64,000 nt of DNA from Chrysemys picta bellii (GCF_011386835.1 NC_088797.1:84258001-84322000); one strand, 5' to 3'. Shown: positions 1 through 12,486, numbered from the stretch's first letter. A program made the numbers and translations. Notes: generated by a model not told the origin, from the letters alone.

Positions 1-139
1 CCTATTGTACCTTGTGTCTTTGCCAACATGTTTGTAAAACCTTATGAATTAATGCAAATTATTATTTTAGGTGTAAAAATAACGGACTCCTTATAAATGA
101 ATTTTTAAAAATTATTATTAAACAACCTATTACGTAACA

Positions 140-545
140 AACAAATGAAATACAAAGTAATGCATATTGGAAAACCTTATCCCAACTATATATATAAAAT
201 GATGGGGTCTAAATTAGCTGTTACCACTCAATAAAGAGATCTTAGAGTCATGGATAGTTCTCTGAAAACATCTACTCAATGTGAAGCAGCAGTCAAAAAA
301 GCGAACAGAATGTTGGGAATCATTAAGAAAGGTAATAAGACAGAAAATATCATATTGCCTCTATATAAATCCATGGTACGCCCACATCTTGAATACTGCA
401 TGCAGATCTGGTCACCCATCTCAAAAAAAATATTGGAATTCGAAAAGGTTCAGAAAAGGGCAACAAAAATTATTAGGGGTTGTGGAATGGCTTCTATATG
501 AGGAGCTATTAAGATTGGGACTTTTCAGCTTGGAAAAAAGACAAT
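140..545 (+). mobile_element. CR1 LINE ORF2 3' fragment, 5' part (split by a solo LTR)
   Basis: ORF 250-501 (AAVKKANRMLGIIKKG...LPLYKSMVRPHLEYCMQIWSP) is the typical CR1 ORF2 C-terminus. The sequence resumes collinearly at 1483. Confidence 0.9.
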
Positions 546-1482
546 TGCGGAGATAAAGGAAGAGGGAGGCAAGCGTCAGGACCCAAGTGCGCCCTGGGTG
601 ATCACTACTTCCCACCGCCCAACACAGATGTAATGAGATTGAGTAGTGCCCGTATAAGAAAAATTAAAACTATTGATTATTCCTCAAAAAAGGTTTTTAA
701 TGACTTTCGACTATAAAAGCAAGACAGACAAAATAAGAAAAGCAAGAACAAAGACCAGCACTGAATAAGGATTAATATAAATGGCAAGTTATACTGAAGA
801 CAAGCACAAGTACATGTAAAGTTATTATTCATTAGCTATTTACTACTATTCTTAACACTATAGTATCGACAAAACTTGAGATCAATTCTGCCCGAGCAAC
901 CAGACTTCTTTACACCATAATCTTACCCTGCATACCCCTGAGAATGCGTTACCCTTCAGTCGGCTATTTTCCGCACTGGCCAGGTACAGACAGTCGTGAA
1001 GTGGACGGCCCTTCGGTTCAGGGGGTGTGGGTCAGGTTTCCCTTATGACCAAAACACACACACACTCCCGTGCCTTTGTACTTTTTATCGGATCTGTCCA
1101 CCATGTCTTAAAACAGACCGACCAATTAGGGTCAGCCAAATCTTTATTGTGGTTAGCGTTGTTGCCTTGGCTGTATGCTTACTTATCTCCTTGTGTTGCT
1201 TTGACCATATACTTACTTATTTTCTTGTAGCCAGTTATTTTAATTGTGAGACAAGCTGTGCCCGGGGGCACAATTTATCTCCTTTTATAGAAGTTAGAAC
1301 GTGTTATCTGGTTGCAGTGCGTTTTGACCACAATTCTTAGCTTACTTCTGCAAAGCTTGCCCTCTTCACCTCTGCAAAGCATGCCCTTTTTACCTTTGCA
1401 AAGCGGAAGTTAGAGGCCTAACACTGACAATACCTTTGTTCATTTTAAGCTTGGCAATACTTTTGCTCAGAGATTAATCACA
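546..1482 (-). mobile_element. Solo LTR (ERV/Gypsy-like), 937 bp, inserted in CR1
   Basis: TG...CA ends on both strands, 5-bp target duplication ACAAT/ACAAC (541-545, 1483-1487), and it interrupts CR1 ...AAGAC|AACTAAGGGGGGATATG. Orientation is tentative, inferred from an ATTAAA on the minus strand. Confidence 0.7.
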
Positions 1483-1958
1483 ACAACTAAGGGGGGATAT
1501 GATAGAGATCTATAAAATCAAGACTGCTGCAAAGAAAGTAAATAAAGAAGTGTTATTTACTCCTTCTCATAACACAAGAACTAAGGGGTCACCAAATGAA
1601 ATTAATAGGCAGCAAGTTTAAAACAAACAAAAGGATGTATTTTTTCACACAATGCATAGTCAGCCTATGAATGCCTTGCCAGAGGATGTTGTGAAGGCCA
1701 AGACTAGAACAGGGTTCAAAAAGGAACTAGATAAGTTCATGGAGGATAGGTCCATCAATGGCTACAAGACAGGATGGGCAGGAATGGTGTCCCTAGCCTC
1801 TGTTTCCCAGAAGCTGGGAATGGGTGACGGGATGGATCACTTGATTCCCTGTTCTGTTCATTCCCTCTGGAGCACCTAGCATTGGTCACAGTCGGAAGAC
1901 AGGATACTGGGCTAGATGGACCTTTGGTCTGACCCAGTATGGCCGTTCTTATGTTCTT
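1483..1958 (+). mobile_element. CR1 LINE 3' end (ORF2 tail, 3' UTR, terminal repeat)
   Basis: GGGGATATGATAGAGATCTATAAAATC...FKKELDKFMEDRSINGY...GGATACTGGGCTAGATGGACC, ending in the CR1 terminal GTTCTTATGTTCTT. Confidence 0.9.
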
Positions 1959-2361
1959 CCACTGAAATGATAAACTAAAAAAAAAAAAAAAACTTGTCTA
2001 ATTACAAAGAACACTTTCATAAAACCAACAGTGAAAAAAAAACAGTAAAGTATAACAATGACGTGCAGGGCACAATGCAAGTGGGGTGTTGGTCTTAAAG
2101 TCACAGGCAAGTATACATCTTGGCTCTTACTCTTCTGTTTTGTGGGACTTCTGACATGGAAGTCAGAATTTAAATTTTAGAATGATAGAGGGATTAAAAG
2201 ACTGCTGGGGTCCCAGGTGCCATAGTTCTTGGTGTCCTGGGCTGGGAGGGGAATGTCCTCTGGGAGCAGTGGTGCAAGAGTAGGGAGGAAGGGGATGTTT
2301 GTTTACAGTAGTCTGTGCTGTCCAGGGGCTGCATAACATGGCTGGATGCTGGTCTGCAGTA

Positions 2362-2573
2362 CAGTGGAGTTGCATCATAGGCGCATTTAACTTACGTGAT
2401 TTTAACTATACGCACTAGGCAAAATAAAAGAGAAAAATAACAATTTAAATACTGTACCTGTAGTGTGGGCAATTCCGCCCGCCATTCCACTCAATGAGTG
2501 TTTGACTATACGTGATTTTCACTTTACGCACTGACTTCAGAACCTAACCCCCACGTAAGATGCGACTCCCCAG
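2362..2573. mobile_element. Tc1/mariner (Tigger-like) MITE
   Basis: Imperfect TIRs CAGTGGAGTTGCATCATA / TAAGATGCGACTCCCCAG, flanked by TA at 2360-2361 and 2574-2575. Confidence 0.65.
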
Positions 2574-2599
2574 TATTGCATTGCTGATAACATGCACTG

Positions 2600-5275
2600 C
2601 AACAGGGCCTTTTGGCTTTGCATTGCCTCTGCGTCTCCTTGTCTTTCTCCATACTGTCTTTGGCCATGGCAATGTTTTCTCTAGCACCTGCCATGCTATC
2701 CTTTGCCACTGCAATGATCTGCCTGGAAAGCTCCTGATCAGTTTCCCTCCCTGTCTTCAGTTATTGCTTCCACCTCTCCACTTTTTTTTTCTTTTTTTGA
2801 CTCTAACGATGTCTGCAAACATTTAATCACAAGTTTTCCCATTTTCTCCCTCTCACATTTGTCAGCTGCTCAGCCTTACTCCTCATTATCTGGCCAGTGC
2901 AGTGCCATAGCTATGGGGTTATTAAAAAAAAAAAAAAAGGCAAGCAGTTATTTGTTTATATTCTAGGAAGGCTGTGATAAGCATTCTTTTTTCATGCCTT
3001 TCTGGCTTTTCCATTCTGAGATTCCTCCCAGATTTGGGGGAATCTCAGAGACAGTAAGTGATGTGTGCACTGGGATTTTTGTCTGTGCTGTACATGCTGT
3101 GGGGTTTGCCATTGCGACTTGAAAGCTGGGGTGGGAATTATCTTCATGATCTGGGGATGGCATTGGGAATTATGTTCCCAGTCTGGCTTTGCTTTGCCTT
3201 GGAGGTGCTTATATGGTATAGGAGGGGTTATCAGGGGAATCTGGGGGTGAGCTTAATCGTAATCTCTACATCTCCTGTAGGCTGTCCTGACTCTGGATGA
3301 TGATACATTGAGATGTGTGACTAGCTGTCTGTGACTGGCCATATTCAAAAAGGGCATACCAGCAAGATACACTGTGAAATGATTCACCAAGATGGTTGAT
3401 CCTCTTCCCAACCTCCTCGCCCTCCCCCACCACCAGAAGTGGAAAGGAGTCATGAACTATACTGGAGAGAAAGGCTGTGCGACTATTCCTCATAATCTCC
3501 TAATAAAAAACAAGCAATTTCTTAGCCTTAAATTTTGCTTTATCTCCCCCGCAGACATGTTGAAAGTGCAGAGAAAAATAGATAGGGTCCTGCAATGATT
3601 ACTTGAAGCGTTCACTGATACCAGTCTGTAAGCACGCATGTTACAGAGCATTTACAGAAGAGCTGTACTTTTTGTGGCTTTGCAGGCATGCAATGTCCAT
3701 GTCTACTCATGTAAAATGAGAACACCAACCAAACTTATTTTCCTGTAACCACTTTCTGAATAAACTTTACATTTCACACAAAAATAATGTTTTCCTTATT
3801 TGAAACTCTTCTGGGAGCGGGTGGGGTAGAGACTGCAGTTGTGTCATCTTGCTGACCGCCATCTTGCGGTGGTGAACGTATTTTATTTTTGGTTGTGTAT
3901 GGTTTTGGGGGAGGGGGGCTCATCCACCAGGCACAACAGCTGAGGGAAGGGGGGAGGAAATAGATACATGTGCACATGCCTTTCTCAGCATGGGTCTGAG
4001 AATAGTTGGTAGTTGGGGCTTTAGCATGAGACGAAACCAGTTGTCCAGCTGGAGCAGCCATCACTTTGGAAAGGGGTACCAGTGGGGGAGGAGGAGAGGT
4101 GGGAGAAGGGACAGCATGGGCCAATGGAAGGAGGGAGGGAGGGACATTGGGCTTAGAAAGGCTTTGAGCTGGCGTTCACCTGCAATGGCTGCAGCCATGG
4201 GGCACCCAGAACAGAAGCTAGCATGACAGTATAGCATAATAATAATATTAATTAATTAATAAAACTTAAATAGTAAAATCATTAAAAAAATTAAAATGTA
4301 CATGTCAAGGTTCCCTCCATAGGATCAGCCTCCTCCGTCCTGGTTTGGGTTGCTTGCTGGGAATCAAAGTTGGTTGCTGCAGGGCAGGAATCAGTCTTCA
4401 GCCTGGCTAGCAGCAGAGTCCTGAGTCCCAACAGATCAGGGTTTCCAGGGAGATCTCTTCACTGGCCTCCTTGTGCTCATGAATCTTGCTGGTCATCCTT
4501 GAGGAGGAGGGGTGTGTGGAGTGAGATTGCAGCCAGCAGCTTTCACACGCTGCCTGGGGTAGGTGGTCCTGTAGTTTGATAAAATCCTGTCCAGCTCCTC
4601 AAAAAATTGACAGGTTACATGTCCCCTGCTAGATGTTTTCCTGCTGTCTCTCATTTTAATATAGGTGCTTCTGAGCAATTTTCTTTTTATCCAGCACCAT
4701 TTGGCATCTCAGTCATGGCCCCTAGCAGACATCGGCCTATCAATAACTACAAAAAGGTCTTTACTGTAGTGGCTGGCCACAAAGGCTTCCTGCCCCAACA
4801 ATTCTCCCCAGAAGGCAATGAGACCCAGAGTCTCGGTGAGGCTTCAAGCAGCTGCTCAAACCACATTATAAGGCTTCTGAAGTATTGCAGGTATTGTGAT
4901 TAAACAGGAATCCAGGAGCAAATAGACAAAATCTGACTATTCACCATCTTATAAATGGGGGAGAGGATAGCCGGGGATAATTTGGCTCCAGAGCAGGAGT
5001 GGAGGCACAGGTGAACCGACAAGTCAGTAACAGTCACCCGCAAAGCAGTGTAGGATAGCCAGTGGAAGACTGCCAAAGTAGTTCGCAGCAACATCGTGTG
5101 CACACAAACAACAGTCGCTTTGAAACAAAGGTTTGCACTTGAAACTGGACTTCAGAGTTTATGATAAATGCACAGTTAGTACACTACAATGAGTTAGGCT
5201 GTGTATATGAAAGCATTTTCAAAGTGGATTAATTTGAAAAGTTCCAATTAAACCAACCTTGTAGACAAGCCCTAT
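2600..5275 (-). mobile_element. Decayed PIF/Harbinger-related element with Myb/SANT-like ORF remnant; left boundary uncertain
   Basis: Harbinger-type terminus TGTAGACAAGCCCTA near 5260-5275 and a Myb/SANT remnant at 4560-4855. No second TIR was found. Confidence 0.5.
4560..4855 (-). pseudogene. Myb/SANT-like DNA-binding domain remnant (Harbinger accessory ORF)
   Basis: Minus-strand translation A*SLTETLGLIAFWGE...ARGHD*DAKWCWIKRKLLRSTYIKMRDSRKTSSRGHVTCQFFEELDRILS fits the Myb_DNA-bind_4/MADF pattern, with two in-frame stops. Confidence 0.75.
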
Positions 5276-5372
5276 GTCACCATGACCGCTTCCTTTCAAA
5301 GTGTAAGGGTATATTTTCCATCATTCTCAATCTTTCATCTACTGTTGATATCAGCTACATACTTTTTGAGAC

Positions 5373-5653
5373 TAGAGCTGGGCAAAATGTTTTTTAGAAA
5401 CATTTTTTTCTACAAAAATTGGCTTTAAACTCCAAATGGAAATTTGAAACTTTAAAATTCTCCAAGTTTGTGGATGAAATACCAGAAAATCAAAAAAGTT
5501 TTCTTGAAAAATGTTGGCTTTCCTGTTTCAAAAAATCTGAAAGAGTTACTGAAAATTTTTCAAATACTAGATATTTTGGGGGAGAAGGATTCAATTTTCT
5601 ACTGAAAAACTGGAATAAATTGTGCAAAATTTGGCATTTTTTTGGCCAGCTCA
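5373..5653. mobile_element. Old non-autonomous DNA transposon (MITE-like)
   Basis: Inverted ends TAGAGCTGGGCAAAA / TTTTGGCCAGCTCA around an AT-rich interior. No clear TSD. Confidence 0.45.
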
Positions 5654-6334
5654 CCTTGACACCACTTGGGCTTCTCGGTCTCGGTCCTTTCCTGAGTCAT
5701 CATCTGCCTTGCTATCTGATCCCTTGGCATTATATTCATTATTTCCTCCCCTCTTTTGGTACTCCCCAGGGCTTTTCCCTTGTTGTCCACTTTCCCACTG
5801 ATGACATCATCTGCTCCTCTAAACTTCCAATACCTTTATACTGATACTTTTCTCCTCTGACCTCTCCCACTTAGTCCATGTTCACGGTTTCTTATCTCTC
5901 TCTGATAGCTTCTCATAAATATGGTGCCATTTTCTTTCCCACTAAACATAGCAAAAACAACTCAGCATTCCCCTGCTCTCCCCACTACAGCTTCCACCAT
6001 TGCTACCCTGTAGAGGAGCTGCATCAATGGTAGACCAAAGTTGAAGAACTGCTAAAAATTCTCACAATTCTCAATGACTATGTCTTTTAATTTCTTTCTT
6101 TACAGGTATACATGTTATTGGTAATAAACACTATTGAGAGTTCTGCTTCTGTTGGCATCTTCTCTTTGAAATTAACTGTAATCCCAAAAGCTTTTATTTT
6201 GGTAGTTGTAATGTTCTGTTAAAAACTCAGCTCTGAATCCATAAGAACATCATTGTCAAATGGAGCTTCTTAAATACATTACAGCAAATAAGATAAAATA
6301 TTTTTTGCCCAAGTTACCAAAGTTACCATATTAA

Positions 6335-6680
6335 CCAATGGCGACTTCACAAAGGAAGAGACATCAAGGACAGGAAAGGTATCCACAACATTTACTGAAC
6401 TTAACATATGGAAATCAATGATATCCAGCATCAGAACAAAACTGAGGATTTTCAGCTCAGAGATAGCTGTATGTTAGCACTGAGACTATGAGAGCTGGAG
6501 ATCTACCAAAACATTTAGAGAGAAAACCAGACACCTTCAAAAATAAGTGCCTACAAAAGATTCTATGCATTGGTTGGAAAACCTTCATCACCAACAAAGA
6601 GATCCAAGAAATAACCAACCAGCAGCTCATTTCCACCAGAATCAGAAGGAAGCACTGGGGCATGTGTTTTGGATGCCAAC
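6335..6680 (+). mobile_element. RTE-clade LINE ORF fragment
   Basis: Frameshifted translation NGDFTKEETSRTGKVSTTFTELNIWKS...TKLRIFSS...FKNKCLQKILCIGWKTFITNKEIQ resembles the post-RT region of RTE elements. Confidence 0.65.
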
Positions 6681-7439
6681 ACTGTAGTGTTAGAATCAGC
6701 TACCCATCAGAATTACCTATCTTGCTGTTACAGAGCATGTTCAAGCAATCTGAAGTCCCAACAGTGTCAGGTTTAGATCATGTTTTGCAACCAGAGAAAG
6801 GTTGCAGCTAGGGTGGAGAAGATCATGCACTACAATTAATCCACCCAGTTTAGCTACGCACATCGAACCCAAAACACTATCAATCACTGGAGCCTTGTCC
6901 AGAAAATGTTTAACCCACACCCCACACATGTAACCCATATGCTTATATTGCAATTGTGTTTTGTTTTTTTCATAAGTCCAAAGAGACAGAAGAATTGGGA
7001 AGGAGAAATTGATTTCAGTTAGGATACTATGGCCCAGATCTTCAAAGGTCTTTAGGCTCCTAGCTTCCATGGAAGTTCGGGGGGGGGGGGGCGGGGGGGA
7101 TTTAGGGGTAGCTAAAGTTAACCTGTGTGTGTGTGTGGGGGGGCGGAATCAGTTCATTCTAACGGAGGAATATCCCATCCCTCAGAATAAACTACCCTAG
7201 GAGAAAGTTGGGAGTAGCTACTTAGGGAAGCAAAAACTGATTTACCGAGTCCAGCCAGCAATTTATTATTTAAATGTGAGTTTTGCCAGAGGGAAAACAC
7301 ATAGAAATTGCTCTTCCTGCAGCAAACAGCGTGGTTCTAAACCGCAGTAACTTTCCCCAGTTGTCATTTGCCCGACAAACAGCAAAGCACCGTGTGCTAC
7401 TCACCTCCCTCCACGGCAGCCAGCTCTCGATGGCCCCCT

Positions 7440-7805
7440 GACACCTCAGTACTCCACACCCCGCGCGCGCCTCCTACCGCCCCCACGCCGAGACCCGCCG
7501 CCGGGCAAGGAAAGCCCTCCCTCGCCCTGCCCGGGTTGGCTGTCTGGGCTGAGCGCCTCCAGCCCCTCCCGCGGGCTGCCCGGGAATGTCAGCGCGGTGA
7601 CCCCTCGACCGCCGCCGGACTCTGACCTTGCACCGGGGAAGGCACCATGGCTTCCAGGCTGCTGCTCCGCGTCCTCCAGCGCGCCCTGCCCGGCAGCGGG
7701 CGGGCCGCAACCCCCGCCAGAGCCATGAGCGCCGGGGGTGCGTACAGCCCGGGGGGCGTACGGGGCAGGCAGGACAGGTGCATAGGGCTGAGAGGAGGCG
7801 GGGGC
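7440..7805 (+). promoter_or_regulatory. CpG island / promoter and first exon region of the COX5B-like gene
   Basis: Abrupt GC- and CpG-rich segment in a CpG-poor background, containing the GCACCATGG Kozak start at 7647. Confidence 0.8.
7647..7737 (+). CDS. COX5B: COX5B-family (cytochrome c oxidase subunit 5B, likely COX5B2-type paralog) coding exon 1, mitochondrial presequence
   Basis: MASRLLLRVLQRALPGSGRAATPARAMSAG+g is Arg-rich and acid-free and resembles the COX5B MASRLL start. Kozak context is good; phase-1 donor GTGCGT at 7738. Confidence 0.85.
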
Positions 7806-7806
7806 T

Positions 7807-8258
7807 TAGGTGCATGGGGCGTGTGAGGGCTGGTAGGGGTGTGTAGGGGGCGGAGGATAGGTGCATGGGGCGTGTGAGGGCTGGTAGGGGTGTGTAGGGG
7901 GCGGAGGATAGGTGCATGGGGCGTGTGAGGGCTGGTAGGGGTGTGTAGGGGGCGGAGGGTAGGTGCATGGGGCGTGTGAGGGCTGGTAGGGGTGTGTAGG
8001 GGGCGGAGGGTAGGTGCATGGGGCGTGTGAGGGCTGGTAGGGGTGTGTAGGGGGCGGAGGATAGGTGCATGGGGCGTGTGAGGGCTGGTAGGGGTGTGTA
8101 GGGGGCGGAGGATAGGTGCATGGGGCGTGTGAGGGCTGGTAGGGGTGTGTAGGGGGCGGAGGATAGGTGCATGGGGCGTGTGAGGGCTGGTAGGGGTGTG
8201 TAGGGGGCGGAGGGTAGGTGCATGGGGTGTGTGAGGGCTGGTAGGGGTGCTTAGGGGC
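7807..8258 (+). repeat. 51-bp G-rich minisatellite, ~8.8 copies, in COX5B-like intron 1
   Basis: GTGCAT recurs at 7810, 7861, 7912, 7963, 8014, 8065, 8116, 8167 and 8218. Unit TAGGTGCATGGGGCGTGTGAGGGCTGGTAGGGGTGTGTAGGGGGCGGAGG(A/G); degenerate copies continue to ~8340. Confidence 0.97.
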
Positions 8259-9029
8259 AGGCAGAATAAGTACATAGGGCATGTAAGGGCTGGTAGGGTG
8301 GGCAATATACGGGCGTGTGAGGGCTGGTAGTGGGCCAGGCGGAACGGGGAGTGAGTGAGTGCGGGTGATCAAGCGATGAGAAGCTGGGGGCAAGGGATAA
8401 GGTGTCAGCCCCTTAGGGGTGTGTAGAGGATGAACAATCCTGGCAAAAGAGAGAAATTCCTCCACCACAGTTCTAGCCAGTTAGTTGGGGCGCTGAATCT
8501 ATGTTGGGACTAAAATAAGTCTTTTCATCCAGTGCTTTAGGAATGTGGCTTTATGTTTATTGCCATTCAGCCAAGCCAAGGGGGCCCGAAAGCCCTTCAT
8601 ACACACAAGTGGCATTAAGCTCTATTCCTTGTGTCTGGAGTGCCTCAGTGGCCGAGTGAGAGCTCATTGTGCTGCCATCAAAGGACAAGGGTTCAAATCC
8701 AGTTATTGATTTATAAATTGTCACACAGATGATTTAAGCTGGAAAATGGGCTAAAACTATAAAGCAAACAAATCAAAACAAAAATCAACAGATATGCTCT
8801 CTAGGGACATGTCTTCATTTGGGATTTCGCACTGGTGTAGTTGGGGCAAAAATCTATTCACATGGGATTTTCACAGGGGGATATTGGGAGGAATTTAAAG
8901 GTTTGAAGTTTCACAAATGACAGAGGGAGAAGTGTTTTAGTGGTTAATTTGTAACTGTTGTTTTCAATTTTTGTAAAAGAACAATACTTCAGTGTAGGAG
9001 GATAGTTCATTAGCTGATGGTGTGGAGCA

Positions 9030-9857
9030 AATATGTATAAATTTGTGGATGACACCAAGCTGGGAAGGATTGCAAGCACTTTGGAAAACAGTATTAGATT
9101 TCAAAATGATCTTGATAAATTGGAAAACTTGTCTGAAATTAATATGATGAAATTCAATACAGGCAAGTGCAGCATACTGATCTTAGGAAGAAAAAAATCA
9201 AATGCACAAATACAAAATGGGGAATAATTGGATCAGCAGCAGTACTGCAGAAAAGGATCTGGGGGGTTATAATGGATTACAAATTGAACACGAGTTAACA
9301 ATACAATACTTTTGTGAAAAGGGCAAATGTCATTCTGGGCTGCATTGACTGGTGTGTTATACGTAAAACACAGTTGGTAATTGTTCTACTGTACTCAGCA
9401 CTGGTGAGAGACCTCAGATGGATTACTCTGTACAGTTTTGGGTGCCACACTTTACAAAAGATGTGGACAAATTGGAGTGTCCAGAGGAAAGCAACAAAAA
9501 TTATTAGAGGTTTACAAAACACGACCTATGAAGTATAGTTGAAAGAATGGTGCATGTTTAATCTAAAGAGAAGGCTAAAGAAGGAAATAACTCTTTATAA
9601 CAGCCCTTGATGTATTTGAAGACGACAATGATCAATTGTTCTCCATGTCCACAACAGCTTAATTTGCAGCAAGCAAGATTTAGGTTAGATATTCGGAAAA
9701 ACTTTCTAACTATAAGGCGTGTTAAGCACTAGAACAGGGAGGTTTTTAAGAAGACGTTAGACAAGCATCTGTCAGTAGGTATACTTAATCCTGCCTCTGC
9801 CTGGGGAGATGAATCTTGAAGTCACTTGCAGCCCTACATTTCTGTAATTCTATGATT
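9030..9857 (+). mobile_element. CR1 LINE 3' fragment
   Basis: YKFVDDTKLGRIASTLE...DLDKLE...MKFNTGKC; KRANVILGCI; ends TTCTGTAATTCTATGATT. Confidence 0.9.
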
Positions 9858-10532
9858 GGCCTCTGTGACTGCTAACAAAAGGTGCCAGTTGTGGTGGTGG
9901 TTTCTATTAGGTGTGCAGTTGTCCACTAGGGACGGGACTGATGCTACCTTAAATGTTAACTTTTGGACACTATTAGCCAAGGCTGAAACTTACTTTTTCA
10001 TTAGAACAGGTGACAAAAAATGAAAATGTCTTAACTGGTGCATGGTCTCATCTGTGGAAGCAGTCATTGTGAGGGGATTCTATATGGCAAGGGCTGTAGC
10101 CTGTACTGCCCTAATTTGATAGCTTTGAACTATCCCTTTGTTATACCAGAAGAGGCCCCAGGCAATGTGAAAAGAACCACAGTCCAAAGTACAGTCAGAT
10201 GGAGTGGCTGTAATCTAACATCTAATGTGGGGGCCAGATTATCTCAAATTCAACTCTGGCAGGGTTTTCATACCTTTCTCCAAAAGCATCTAGTACTGAT
10301 CACTATTGGAGACAGGATACAGGATTAGATGGACCTCTCTCTGATCCTTATGGTAATTCCTATGTAATGTCTTATTTCAATCAAAAATGCTTTGCAACTA
10401 AAAATTGAATGGACATTTATTTATGATGCTGTCCAGGACATGGGTTTAATGGTTTGCTTCAGTCATTAGCTGAATCTGAATTTTGGATAAATAAATAGGA
10501 ATAAAATACAGAAGTATTCTATTCCTATTTAG

Positions 10533-10603
10533 GTGTTCCCAGTGATGAGGAACAGGCAACTGGACTTGAACGGAAAACTCTAGAGGCTATGAAAAAAGGA
10601 CAG
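10533..10603 (+). CDS. COX5B: COX5B-family coding exon 2
   Basis: TTTAG acceptor; (G)VPSDEEQATGLERKTLEAMKKGQ; GTAAGT donor. Contains the VPxDEEQATGLER signature of COX5B. Confidence 0.95.
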
Positions 10604-12386
10604 GTAAGTTTAATATTGAATAATTCATATTCAGACAAAATGGAAAGCATTACATTAGAGTTAAGGTTGTAAATATGTCAGTAACTTGAAGGAGGAAAAT
10701 GCTGAATAGAATATTTTAATTAAAAACAAACCAAAGTCTATAAGGCAAGACTCACACCCTGTAAGTATGAAAAAATTTGGGAAATGCAGAAATAAGGTCC
10801 CTTAAATCTTAACTTTGCATTCTTACCTCCTTACAGGAGGCTGTGAAGCATAATTAAATATACATTTGCGATTCTTGTATGAAAAGTTCAATATAACTGC
10901 AAAGTACCATTTTCTAATGAGGAAGCAGATCTGGAGAGTCTAAAGCCCTGATTCTGCAGCTGGATCCACATAGGCCATCACATATCCACATGGAGGGCTT
11001 TATGTTGGTCAATGATCCACACGTGCAACTCCAGTTGCAGGATTGGGACCTAAGTGAACTATCTGGCTGTGATGTGCTACATTGGATTAGGTATGAGACT
11101 AGGTGTTACACCTGTGTTTCAAACCTAGATTCATCACTGACTCTTTATGTGGCCTTGGACAATTCCCTTAACTCTCACTATGCCTGTTTTCTGGTCAGTA
11201 ATATTTGCCTCTCACAGGGATGTTTGAGGCATCATCAATGTTTTAAAGCACTTACAGAACCGAGGATGAAGGTTGTTTTATAGAAAATAAGAATTTATAA
11301 AGCTACCATGTGTGGCGGCGCAGCAAATAGAACTTAGAAGTTCCTTGCTCCTACCCCTCCATGCAATTCCCTGGACCACACTGCCTCTTCGTATATTTTT
11401 TCTCCCTGCTAACTCCCTCCCCACACAAACATACTATTTCTGTAGAGATCTCCTTCTCTCCCCCAAGGCCTAACTGACTTAATTTTTCAGTGATCCTTAG
11501 AGTGCTTTAGGAAGTTGGCATCTGGCTAGTGGACATATTAAGGCTTGTAAAGAATCACAAACTGCTTTTAAGAACTGCACCTGTGCAGAGCACAGTGCAG
11601 GATTGGGCCCCTAAATAACAAGCCCACCCCTCGATCTATTTGAAGACAGACCAACAGAACAAGACACACAGAGTTTCTAGAGTAAGCTGGTTTTAATGTG
11701 TGATGAGCCAAAACACCCTCACAGAAGTAAAAGTTACCAAACTCTTTACAAAAAGAGGAAGGAGAAAATCTCTTTTGGAAAAACTCTCTCAAATACTTTT
11801 TCATTTCTCTCAGGTTTCTCAGAATATTTCTATTTTAGCATAATATTGCTCATGAAAGTTCAGGCAGCTTGGCCTTTATTGGCTGATAGGAGGGGGAATC
11901 AAAATAATCATGTATTGGAGTACTGTGTTCAACCCTGACTAGGGAGAAACTAATGTGCCTTCATAAAAAGGCACTATAAATAGCATTTAACACCACAGTG
12001 CTTTAAGCAGCTAGTATGCTGTCATGAGTTCAGCATGTATTTTTAGTGGCACAAAAGCTGCCACTAATAGTTGATACTCTAAACTGATTCTTGCATGTGA
12101 ACTGACACCCTGTACAATAACTTCAACATATTAACTCCTTACCACTTGACAAATCAGTATCTAACACAGTAAGATTTGACATTCCTCATCGTCCCTTTTA
12201 TTAGTTTTATGTACCTGTATGCTGGTATTCTAAAGATAATCTGTGTTCGGATGATAGAACAGCAACAATTTAATTACCTTATATATAAAATATAGCATGT
12301 ATATAATAATGTGACACAATCTTTGATACTACTGGTTAATGTTCTTGATCTAGTAACTGAGATTCATGTTTTGTTCTTTTCTCAAG

Positions 12387-12486
12387 GATCCATATAGCAT
12401 ACTCAAACCCAAGGGATATGCAGGAACTAGAGAGGATCCTCATATTGTTCTGTCCATCAACAAGAAGAGGCTAGTAGGCTGTATCT
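12387..12486 (+). CDS. COX5B: COX5B-family coding exon 3 (100 nt)
   Basis: TTTTCTCAAG acceptor; DPYSILKPKGYAGTREDPHIVLSINKKRLVGCI+t; GTATGT donor. Phases are consistent with both neighbours. Confidence 0.95.

Noticed and set aside
7078-7100. Poly-G/poly-C and poly-A runs (also ~14620, 19723, 28285, 32606, 38559, 56387)
   Set aside because: Simple homopolymer expansions with unreliable lengths and no supporting structure.
1-7400. Expected SIRT1 3' exons next to the HERC4 3' end
   Set aside because: No SIRT1-like coding sequence was recognised; the region is mostly TE-derived.
7474-8468. Three long Pro/His/Thr-rich minus-strand ORFs (220-249 aa)
   Set aside because: They are stop-free readings of the 51-bp minisatellite (17-aa period), antisense to a real intron.
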